DNA of 64,000 bases, from contig OZ360222.1 in assembly GCA_977017645.1 (NCBI GenBank), positions 181,164,001 through 181,228,000 on the forward strand. Reading direction: 5' to 3'. Below, one piece after another: positions 35,623-45,500 of the stretch. The notes under the pieces were generated by a model, which worked only from the letters and a program-made list of their open reading frames with translations, made no database searches and was not told the DNA's origin. The translations under genes were made by a program, and so were the position numbers. The DNA is from Torpedo marmorata (taxonomy: Eukaryota). How positions within the stretch are numbered: position 1 is the first letter of the stretch; the number at the start of each line of letters is the position of its first letter.

Positions 35623-38600
35623 ATGGCCGCAGCAGCCTCTGATACAGCAGCTACTGATGTATCAGCAGCTGACGCAGCAACCGCTGATGTTGCTGTTGAG
35701 GACCAACGTATTGAAGACATGAAGGTTGCGGATATTAAAGAAGAATTGAAGCGACTGAAAAAGGACATAAGTGGAAATAAAAGGGCTCTTATCGAAAGAT
35801 TAAAGCAGGCAAAGGATGAAGAGGCAGCTTCATTAGTTGAACAAGAAGATAACTTGGAAATGGCTGAAATTGTGTCAACAAATGATGAAGAAATTAAAGT
35901 GGTTGAAGATGCAAAGGATATACAATTTGAATTGGATAAAGAGGTAAGTATGAAGACAGCATATGAACTGCAGGACGAAATACAAGCAAGTGACAGTGTC
36001 TCAAATGCTGAAAGCAGGAGAAGCAAAAGAAGTTCTGGTTCGAGCTCCAGAGTTTCTCGTACTTCAAGTTCTGCATCGTCACGTACAAAGGTTGATGTTA
36101 AATTGGCCGCTCTTCTTGCACAACAAAAAACGCTTAAGGATAAGTATATTTTGGAAGAAGAGGAGGAGCAGCTAAGACAAAAGGAGGAGCAGCTAAAGGA
36201 GCAGCTAAGACAAAAGGGGGAGCAGGTAAAGGAGCAGCTAAGACAAAAGGAGGAGCAGCTAAAGGAGCAGCTAAGACAAAAGGAGGAGCAGCTAAAGGAG
36301 CAGCTGAGACAAAAGGAGGAGCAGGTAAAGGAGCGGCTAAGACAAAAGGAGGAGCAGCTAAGACAAGAGGAGGAGCAGCTGAGACAAAATGAGAAACAGC
36401 TAAAGGAGCAGCTAAGACAAAATGAGAAGCAGCCAATGGAGCAGCTAAGACAAGAGAAGGAGCAGCTAAGGAAGAGAAAAGAACAGCAGGAGCTGGAAGC
36501 AAACATTGCTATTGCCAAGGCAGAAAAGAAAGCAATAGAAGGCTCAATGGTATCTGGTGCTAGCAGTAAATTATCTAAATTGTCTGATAATAAAAGGTCA
36601 TATTTAAAAAAGGAGTCACAGGAAAAGAAACCAACCAAAAGGATAGATATTTTAGAACCAAGGATACAAAACTTACATATACAAGGACAAACCTTTCAAG
36701 AGCATATTGGTATCGAGTCACATGTACCAATAGTAACATCTGAAAGCAAAGCTGCGGCTTGGGTTCGGTCGAACGAAGCAGCATCTTTGTTATATGAGTC
36801 AAGCATCAGAAATATGGAAGAAACTACACCAGTGAGGTTTCCAGATACATTGCATGCAACAAGAGACGGTGAACAGAGCAATGTATTGTCATCCAAGGAA
36901 AGACAGAATGAAACTGCTGCATCATTGTTTCAGTTACAGTCTCTCTCTTCTTTACCCAAGAAAGAGATACAAACTTTTGATGGTGATCCACTTCAATATC
37001 AATCATTTATGAGATCTTTCAAAAGCAATATTGAAGATAAATGTCAAGATCGTGATGAATGTCTTTATTATTTGGAAATGTTCACAAAGGGACATCCAAA
37101 AGAACTGGTAAAGAGTTGTAAACAAATGTCTTCAGAAAGAGGATTAGACAAAGCTAAGGCTTTATTGGAACAATATTTTGGCAACAAGCATCGAATTGCT
37201 TTAGCTTATATGGATAAAGCTCTTAAATGGACATCAATAAAACAAAATGATGTAAAGGCTCTGCAAGAATATACTTTGTTTTTAAGAGGATGTTGTAATG
37301 CTATGGAAGAAATTGATAATATTCGTGAGCTTGAAGTGCATAGTAATATGCGAATCATCTTAGAAAAATTACCTTACAAGTTATGGGATAGATGGAGAGA
37401 TTTGGCTTGTGATTTACAAGTAGATTACGGTCGAAAAATTACCTTAAAGGATTTGGTAAATTTTCTTGAACGACGGGTGTACGTTGAAACGGATCCACTA
37501 TATGGAAATACCAGAGATAATTCGATGGGCAAAGATGTAAGGAAGTCTAACACACAGTCTAGTCCGAAATTAAAAAGGAGTACTTTTGCTACTAATGTGC
37601 AAGTTATAAGTAAAGAAAATGACAAAGTAAATAAGGAAAAGGAAAGTTTGCCAAATGAAAAGAGTTGTTTGTTCTGTAAAGATGGACATGCTTTGGAAAT
37701 GTGTTTACGATTGGAAAAGAAGGAACATAAGGAAAAGATCGCTTTCTTAAAGGAAAATGGAATATGTTTTAGCTGTCTGTGTAAAGGGCACATCAGTAAA
37801 AACTGCGAGAAGCGAATTAATTGTAACATATGCAATTTGAAACATCCTAGAATTTTGCATATCCATAACAGAAACAAGGAATTGGAAATGGAGCAAACAG
37901 AAACAAAGGAAACAACAGAAAATAATGTTATAACCTCGGTTCAGACAAGTGGTCTTACTGGGGCCGGGGTGAATAACTGCAAACTTTCAATAGTGCCTGT
38001 ACAAGTCAAGGCCAAGAAAGGGGATGTAATAGTAAAAACATATGCATTTTTAGACCCAGACAGCACTGCATCTTTTTGCACGGAAGGACTAATGAATAAA
38101 CTTAATATTCAAGGAAAAAGATCAAGAATTATGTTAAAAACCATGGGACAAGAAAAGGTTGTTGAAACTAACATTATAACAGGCTTAGAGGTTGCTGGAT
38201 TGGATGACAAAAAATGTTGTGATCTTCCAAGTGTATATACTCAGAAGACTATGCCTGTGAATGAAGGAAATATTCCTCATCAAAGGGATATCCATCATTT
38301 AGCTTATCTGTGGAAGGTTTATTTACCTGAAATTAATTCTGAGATAGAAATGCTGATTGGTTCAGATGTGCCAAAGATTTTGGTACCAAAAGAAGTAATA
38401 GAAAGTAAAAGGAATGGACCTTATGCTGTTAAAACCATTCTTGGTTGGACAATCAATGGACCAATGGAAAGAAATAATAATATTGCTCAGGAACAGGTAG
38501 CGATAAATATTAATAGAATTTCGGTTGAGAAAGTTGAAGAGTTAAGCGAAGAGCAAAAAACTGTGAATAAGAAAATCACTTTTGAAGAAAAGAAAACAGA

Positions 38601-38655
38601 TCAATGTGAAAATAAATCAATGGTATTTAAAACAACATTGAAGGAATTAATTTAG
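35623..38655 (+). CDS. SAP domain + BEL/Pao Gag (DUF1759 capsid, three Cys/His knuckles) + aspartic protease; 1010 aa from the likely ATG
   Basis: SAP IEDMKVADIKEELKRLKKDISGNKRALIERLKQA; Gag LPKKEIQTFDGDPLQYQSF; knuckles CLFC..H....C, CFSC....H....C, CNIC...H...LH; protease TYAFLDPDSTASFCTE...GPYAVKTILGWTINGP. Confidence 0.9.
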   Translation: MAAAASDTAATDVSAADAATADVAVEDQRIEDMKVADIKEELKRLKKDISGNKRALIERLKQAKDEEAASLVEQEDNLEMAEIVSTNDEEIKVVEDAKDIQFELDKEVSMKTAYELQDEIQASDSVSNAESRRSKRSSGSSSRVSRTSSSASSRTKVDVKLAALLAQQKTLKDKYILEEEEEQLRQKEEQLKEQLRQKGEQVKEQLRQKEEQLKEQLRQKEEQLKEQLRQKEEQVKERLRQKEEQLRQEEEQLRQNEKQLKEQLRQNEKQPMEQLRQEKEQLRKRKEQQELEANIAIAKAEKKAIEGSMVSGASSKLSKLSDNKRSYLKKESQEKKPTKRIDILEPRIQNLHIQGQTFQEHIGIESHVPIVTSESKAAAWVRSNEAASLLYESSIRNMEETTPVRFPDTLHATRDGEQSNVLSSKERQNETAASLFQLQSLSSLPKKEIQTFDGDPLQYQSFMRSFKSNIEDKCQDRDECLYYLEMFTKGHPKELVKSCKQMSSERGLDKAKALLEQYFGNKHRIALAYMDKALKWTSIKQNDVKALQEYTLFLRGCCNAMEEIDNIRELEVHSNMRIILEKLPYKLWDRWRDLACDLQVDYGRKITLKDLVNFLERRVYVETDPLYGNTRDNSMGKDVRKSNTQSSPKLKRSTFATNVQVISKENDKVNKEKESLPNEKSCLFCKDGHALEMCLRLEKKEHKEKIAFLKENGICFSCLCKGHISKNCEKRINCNICNLKHPRILHIHNRNKELEMEQTETKETTENNVITSVQTSGLTGAGVNNCKLSIVPVQVKAKKGDVIVKTYAFLDPDSTASFCTEGLMNKLNIQGKRSRIMLKTMGQEKVVETNIITGLEVAGLDDKKCCDLPSVYTQKTMPVNEGNIPHQRDIHHLAYLWKVYLPEINSEIEMLIGSDVPKILVPKEVIESKRNGPYAVKTILGWTINGPMERNNNIAQEQVAININRISVEKVEELSEEQKTVNKKITFEEKKTDQCENKSMVFKTTLKELI
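36161..36480 (+). repeat. In-frame coding tandem repeat (33/21-nt units, EEQLRQKEEQLK) in Gag
   Basis: About 10 units of GAGCAGCTAAGACAAAAGGAG(GAGCAGCTAAAG). Confidence 0.9.
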
Positions 38656-38899
38656 TCAGAAATGGATGAAAGTGAAGTATTAGAAGATGTTGCAAATAAT
38701 ACTATTGATCATTCATGTGTAATTGAATCAAATACAGGAATAAAACAAGTGACTGAAAACAAATCTGAATGTAGATTTTGTAGTTCAGAGATTACAACAG
38801 ACAAAGCTAATGAAGAAATATTGCAATGTGATGTAAAACTGGAAAACACAGAAAATTGTGCTGATGGAATAAAGAATAATGTGAATGATAATCTAATGC

Positions 38900-39435
38900 A
38901 ATTGAATTCAGAGAACAAAATGTTGAAAGGGGAATTGGAAATATTAGATAATCAAGAAAACAGTAGACAAAAAGATTTAATTGTAAGTAAAACTCGCAAT
39001 GTCAGAAAGCGGAAGAAAAGAATAACTGCTGAAGAAATGAATACAGTTATTGAGGAAAGAGATACAGCATTATCAAAATGTAAAAGGTTGGAGGAAGAAA
39101 TTAATGTTTTGAAAGAGAACAAGTTATTGGTTAATAACACAACAGTTGACTTTAAAAACCAATCAAAAATGTAAATTGAATATTCAACAATTAACAATGC
39201 AGAAAGAATGTGATATTGCATTGCAGAAATGTAACAAACAAGATGAAGAAATTAAAAAATTTCAAGTTTGTCGCAACAGGATTGACAATGGAAATATCAA
39301 CGTATTACATGATATTTTGACTTCAGATCAAATTATTAATTTCTCGGAAAGAACTGAGACCGAATTGAAAGTTGCAAAATTGGATTTAGAATTGCAGGAA
39401 AGAGCCATAGAAACCAGAGTGGTTAAACAGACCTG
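38900..39435 (+). pseudogene. Captured MIPOL1-like coiled-coil fragment inside the LTR element
   Basis: RITAEEMNTVIEERDTALSKCKRLEEEI versus human MIPOL1 as I recall it, RITAEEMSALIEERDAALSKCKRLEQEL; the similarity continues across a frameshift. Confidence 0.7.
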
Positions 39436-39639
39436 TTTAAAATCGAAAGGATCAGATAAATATTCAAATTCTAATTCTAAGAGTTTAAATTCTTCACATG
39501 AAAAGTGGAATACTGAAGAAAGGAATAAAGTGAAACGACATGCTGAAGAAGTGCCTTGTGTTAAATTTAAAAAAAACTGTATCTATTTTGTCTGAGGAAG
39601 ATTTGAGGTTTACTGGTTGACGTTTTAACTCAGATTATG

Positions 39640-39840
39640 AAGATAAAAGAACTTTAAAGAGACATTGTGATTATTATGGATAATTCAACTTCAAGAAACT
39701 CCTGGTTACTTGGAAAAATTATTGAGACTTTTCAAGACAAAGAGGACTTGTGCGTCAAGTGTGAATTAAAACTAAGACTGGTTTTTCGAAACAGACCTAT
39801 TAACAAGGTCTGCCTTTTGTTGGAGACAGAGGAACTTTGA
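39640..39840 (+). pseudogene. BEL/Pao integrase C-terminal (DUF5641-type) remnant
   Basis: DIVIIMDNSTSRNSWLLGKIIETFQDK/GLVRQV*IKTKTG/RPINKVCLLLE, with compensating frameshifts. Confidence 0.8.
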
Positions 39841-40042
39841 TAAATATAAACTGACTTTATTTGTTGTTGTATATTTCACAGGTTACAGACTTTTGTTGAA
39901 TCAGAGTTATGGTAAACTCTAGATTTATGAAGAAGGAAGAAAGAAGATTTGTATTGTTTGAATGTTACGGTTATTGTTATTATAATTTATAGTGTAATTA
40001 TTATTCAAGACATTGCGTCTAATTATAATAATTAGGGGCCGG

Positions 40043-40628
40043 TGTAAGAGCCGTAGGCTCGTTAACTTACCGTTGTTGCGGCGCTCCGATGTCTCGGCGG
40101 CCCGTTCGGAGCGCTCGCGTTGTCTGTGGGCCGTTCTCGGCCCGTTCTGTGCTCTGTGCATGCGCTGGAGTGCCGACGGGCGCGTGCGCAGTTTGGAGTG
40201 ACGTCATTGTGCGCGGTGCAGTCTGGGAGATGTAGTGTGCGCGGTGGAGGGTGCGCAGTGTTATGGGAGCGACGGAGCATGCGCAAATCGGGTAGAGGAG
40301 GAAAGGAATAGAATAAAGGAAAGATGGAGATTTAGGAGGGTGAGTGAGATCTCCATATCTTTATTGACCGTATTTACAGCGTTTTATAGTGTTTTATAAC
40401 GTCTTATACATCGTTTTGGAATTGTTTAAAGAATCATTTAAAGAAATTCATCATACATCATTTCAAGAACTGTTTATATTGAAGTCATTGAAGATTACTG
40501 CAAGTCACGTGTGTAAATAAAGGTTTTAAACATATTGGACTTTCTTGGTAAATTAATTAAAACGCGTCTAAGACAAGTATCTCACTTAGCCTCCAGGTGA
40601 CTATTGTTGGATCGAAGTCACCATAATA
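40043..40628 (+). repeat. 3' LTR
   Basis: Direct repeat of 34590-35175, preceded by the PPT. Confidence 0.93.
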
Positions 40629-42639
40629 GTAAGTTTCAGACCTTTTTTAATTTTGTGGGACTCCCTCCCATAAGGTGGCAGGACCAAAGGCAGCACCCAT
40701 TTAGTTCAAGTTTATTGTCATATATATAAGTACAATGTGCATATGCCCGAATTCTTACTTGCTGCAGCTGAACAGGTGCATAAAATACACCAACTATGCT
40801 AGTATACATTTAGTACACCAAAATCAGGTGAAATCCCATTCCAAGATACATTACATCTGCTGTTGCCACTGAGCGTTTCCAGTTTTTGTGTTGTAATTTC
40901 ACATTTGAATGATCTTCTTTTCTCTTTGGGTCTGGTCGGGGAAGCTGTTAGCCTGGCAGATGATTTGTTCTACCTGAATAGCTGTTTAGGTCACAAACTG
41001 AATAACCAGCCTGAAAGTCACTCATCTTGTTCCCTTTTTTAAAAACTGAGGGTGACCTCCTGCATTTCTACTAAGCAGCAAAGTCCCATCTGAATTCATT
41101 GCTGGGAGCAACTCGGTGGTGATGGAGCCCAGCTCCTTGTTCCCATGACTCGGGAAGCTTTATATAGATGCAAATCAGACAGAACTTAGCTTGGGCTCCC
41201 GATGACAAACGTGCCTGCAAGGCTGATGAGGCAATGATACCTCCCAGAAAGGGCATGGTTCTCATTTAGACAACCAGGTCACATTGTTCATTAGTCCTGA
41301 CTGGTGCACTATTCTTGAAGGGAACCTAGAAAGGGAAGAAACATGACATTTCAACATCAATTCTCAGCTACCGATTACTGCGATATACTTCCAGCTTGGC
41401 TGGTTCAAGGCCAAACATTTTTATTTTGCCTGAGAAACGAGCCTTCAAATCAAACACACCTAAGAAAGTATACCAGGAACTAAAGGCTCCAAGATGAAAA
41501 GTGTGCAGTTGGGTGTAGGTAACTCCAACAATTGTTTAAGAAGAGCCTTCTGGATTTCCCACACCACTTTGGTATGTTAGACGTCTGTGCTGTGGGAATG
41601 GGTGGCAGACAGTTTCTGCACACAAGTAAACAGCATGATGTTGGCCTGATTTCAGGGATCATGATTTAGGGATAAATTGAATTGAATTATTTATTGTCCG
41701 AGATACAATGAATAACTTTATTTTGCATGCTATCCAGGCAACCTCCACATTGTACAGCAAGGGGAGCTATATATATATAATGTAAAAATATAATGTTATA
41801 ATAAAACAGAAGTACCTGGAGTAGAGTTGAAGAGAATTCAGTAAAACACCAGGGAATGTCATAGAGTCATATCTGTAAGGAAACAGGCCCTTCTGCCTAT
41901 CCACACCATGATCACCCTCGTGTACCTATCTCCATTAAGCTGATGTGAATCCTGTTTTATTCTTCCCCACATTCCCATCGTCCTCCCTCCGATTCTATCA
42001 CTCACCTGCATATGAGTGCCAATTTACCGTGGCCAATTAAACTTCCAATCTGCGTGTCGTTGAGATGTGGGAGGACCCTTGTTCTGCCTTGAAGTCAAAC
42101 AATGGCCAGTGAGTGACCAGCTGAGAGAGTGGGCAGGCCTTTCAATACCTCAGTCATAAAGTTGGTTTGGAATGGACTTCCAAGAAGGTGGAAAAGAACA
42201 CCGCTTGTCTCATTTAGGGAGGAATTTTGTGCGACAATACGGAACGTTCTATTCCAGGTGGTAGAATTAAATGAGCTGAATGGATATCCTTATCTGTGAA
42301 TATTAGATTTTGAGGTTGGTTCCTTGAGAGAAAAATAGGTGGAACCATTGATGTGAATGGAGATAGTTGAGAGGCAGTATTTATTGCCCCAGGAGTAGTC
42401 TGTGCTTCCATCAGTAGCACCACTACAAAATGTGGAGTTAGTCCTCGAGTCCACCTGACTCACTGATATACCCCTGGGAGGGAGACTTCCTCTCCTTATC
42501 TGCTCAGATAATGACTCCAGAACTATGAACGTGTTGACTCCTTACTATCTGTGGAAGGGTCGCAGAGTAATGTTGCCCTTACTCTGTTCGAACTGATCTC
42601 TCACTGTAACCCTACTCTCTGTACTATGTTTTACTCTGC

Positions 42640-43085
42640 TCTAAGAACATAAGAATATAAGAAATAGGTGCAGGAGTCGGCCATCTAGCCTGCTCCGCCA
42701 TTCAATAAGGTTATGTCTAATCTGGCCGTGGACTCACTTACCTGCCTTTTCCCCACAACCCTTAATTCCCCTACTGGGCAAAACAATCTATCTCTCCATG
42801 TCTTAGTGTCCTTAATGAGGCAGCCCCTACTGTTTCCTTGGGCAGAGAATTCCACAGATTCACTACCCCCTGGGAAAAGCAGTTCCTTCTCATCTCCATC
42901 CAAATTCTACTCCCCTGAATCTTGGGGGTATGCCCCCTAGATCAGGTTTTGCCTGCCAGTGGAAACAACCTCCCTGCATCTACCTTATTGATTCCTTTGA
43001 TAATTTTACATGTCTCTATAAGATCCCACCCCTCATCTTTATAAAATCCAATGAGTATTGTCCCAGTGCCGCTCAATTTTTCCAA
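42640..43085 (-). mobile_element. CR1 LINE 3' fragment
   Basis: Reverse strand has ORF2 C-terminal sequence (..VVNLWNSLP) and a TTCTTAT-type tail. Confidence 0.75.
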
Positions 43086-44664
43086 TTTTGTAGATAGATG
43101 CAGTTATTAAGAAATATAAGTCAGATTCCCTGCTTTCAGTGCTTTGTCCATGGCACATATTCAGAGCAATTCTTTCGTAAAGAGGCCTTTAATCTGTAAG
43201 CAAATTTCCATTCATGAAGCGAACCTACAGATTTGTGGCAATATCTGACAGTACTGAAGTGCAAGATTTATAGCCTTAAATTAGCATTTGGCCTGGAAAA
43301 GCTGCCAGGTTGGGATGAATTCCTATACCAGCAGACTTGTCTCTGGCACGTTCAACTCATTTTCTGTGATGGGCTTCATCCATTCTCCCATTGTTTGACC
43401 CAGTCGCATGCAGCAAAAATTAATATAGAAGACAAGTAGGTCTTGGATGTTAATCTTTAATTACAATATTGCAGCAGTGAGTACACTTCAAAGTTATTTC
43501 AGCGACCGTGAAGTCCTCTGAGACATTTTGAGGTGATGAAAGGTGATATAATATCCCCTGGTCTTTTATTCTTAATTACTTTATTTTTGTGCTTGCATTC
43601 AATTTTACAGATGTGAGTCTTTTGACATTTATTCTTTCCTTTATTCCCCTGTTATCTGACCCGCTACCATCTCACATTTTAATTTCTCTGTTTTTCCCGT
43701 TTGAAAATTCTTTTTGAAATGAATTTATAGCTGTTCCTCTTCAGTGTATTTTTTTCCTTCTGAAGTGCTGAATTATAGCAACAACTTTTATTTACATTGC
43801 ATCTATTAAAAACAATCTGGGAATGTGTCATATAAAGGAACAAATAACTGTAAGCTGGGTGAAATATGTTAGTCAAAGACTATTTAAAGGACATAAATAT
43901 ACGTAGGACGAGGCTGAATTTGATGGCATATTGGTTAAGTCACTGGATTAGTATTCAGTGCTTGGACTATTGATTTAGAGATACAAATTCAAATCCCATT
44001 CAAGAGATAAAGTCAGTTAATTACATATGGAATTAAAAACCCAAAATATGTGCTGGACACATAAGCCACCATAAGCTTTTATTTAAAACTTTCTCAAATC
44101 CTTGAAGGGAAGAAATATGCACTGATGGTCTTTCAATTGCCTCCTGTCATTTCAGGAAGTAAATGCAAGAACAAAATTTAAAAAAAAACTCCCTCTCGCA
44201 AACTCTGCTGAAAAGACCGGCTGAGTTCCTCCAGCATTTCGGTGTGTGGAGGGGAGACCACCAAGGAACACCAGGTGCTGTAGGTTTCTGTGAGGGGCGC
44301 TGGACAAAATAGCGACCCTCTGTCTGCCTTACAGTAGACAAAAATGAAAGAATTTCATGTATGTTACATTCTAAATGTAGTATTACGTGACAATAATGGA
44401 ACCTTTACCTTTACTAAATGTAGTATTACGTGACAATAATGGAACCTTTACCTTTACTACAATCACAGCATCTGCAGCCTATCGTGTTATTCAATGAGCT
44501 CACTGAGTTGCACTTGATCCACGTTTACATCAACCTCCATGATTTATTGAATACTGTTCACCATCAATGATCAATTAGAAGCCCTACCCTTAGTCAGAGT
44601 TCTACAGCATAGGAACAGGCCATCCAGCCCACCAACAATGCCAACCCATTGCCCATCTATGCTA

Positions 44665-45110
44665 ATTCAAGGTTCCTTTTATAGTCACGTAATAATACAT
44701 TAAAAACGTAACATACATGATATGGTTTAACATTTTCCTGCTGTAAGGGAGATAAAGGGTTTTCGTGTTTTACTACTAGATAAAGGGTTGCCATTAGTTT
44801 CGCTGAGGCACTGCGCCCACAGCCACAGAGACTCCTATTCGATTTATCGGCAACCTGAGCTCCAGATCAAAACCTCTGATCCAATCAGGAAGCTTTCAGC
44901 GCCCGAGGCGCTTTGGGAGCCCTTCTTGCCCTTAGCACCCTCTCGAATCCTGGCTCCATTACCTGGTTCCTGTGAGCCAGTGTCCAGCAGCCCACAACAT
45001 GTGCGGGTCCCCTGACCGCAAGTCGCCCGCAGCCTGTGTGGGTCCTTCAGCCACTGAGCCCCTTGCTGGTCCGCTGACATGGTCACTATCCTGTAGGGTC
45101 GTCTCCCATG
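44665..45110 (-). mobile_element. GC-rich non-autonomous retroposon with Rex1-like 3' tail (family also at 46800-47575 and 52057-52830)
   Basis: Shares blocks such as GCTCCAGATCC.AACCTC, CCTGGTACCCC and GGTCCTTCAGCCAC.GAGCCCC with the other two copies. Confidence 0.6.
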
Positions 45111-45309
45111 CAATTCCATTTGCTTGCTACTTACCATCTAGACTAGTAACATTGGCCCGCATTCAGATGATATCCTTCTATGCCTTGTCTATTTAGGTGT
45201 CTGTCTAAATACTTCTTAAACATAGTAGTTGTATCTGATTTTACCACATCCTCTGGCAATGCTTACCAGATATCAATCACTCTCTGTAAAAACCTCAGAT
45301 CTACTTTCA

Positions 45310-45500
45310 AATTACTAACTTGCATTTTAGATCCACTGCATCCGGTGTTCCCGTTTTGGCCTCCTCTACATCAGAGAGGCTGGACACAGATTGGGAGATT
45401 GTTCCGTTGAGTACCTTCGTTCTGTCCACTGCAATAGCAGGGACTTCCCAGTGACCAACCATTTTAATTCTGCACCCCACTCGCACACTGACATGTTTTT
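45310..45500 (+). mobile_element. Penelope GIY-YIG fragment
   Basis: IHCIRCSRFGLLYIREAGHRLGDCSVEYLRSV...FPVTNHFNSAPHSHTDM. Confidence 0.75.

Larger units (their letters stand above)
34590..40628 (+). mobile_element. Non-autonomous BEL/Pao LTR retrotransposon (6039 bp) with chimeric internal region
   Basis: Two 586-bp LTRs, 5-bp TSD GTAAG (34585-34589 and 40629-40633), PPT TTAGGGGCCGG, BEL-type Gag-protease ORF and an integrase C-terminal remnant; no RT, RNase H or integrase core. Confidence 0.93.

Noticed and set aside
35517-36638. 373-aa antisense ORF in the BEL element
   Set aside because: Shadow of the sense Gag frame and its tandem repeat; no recognisable domain.
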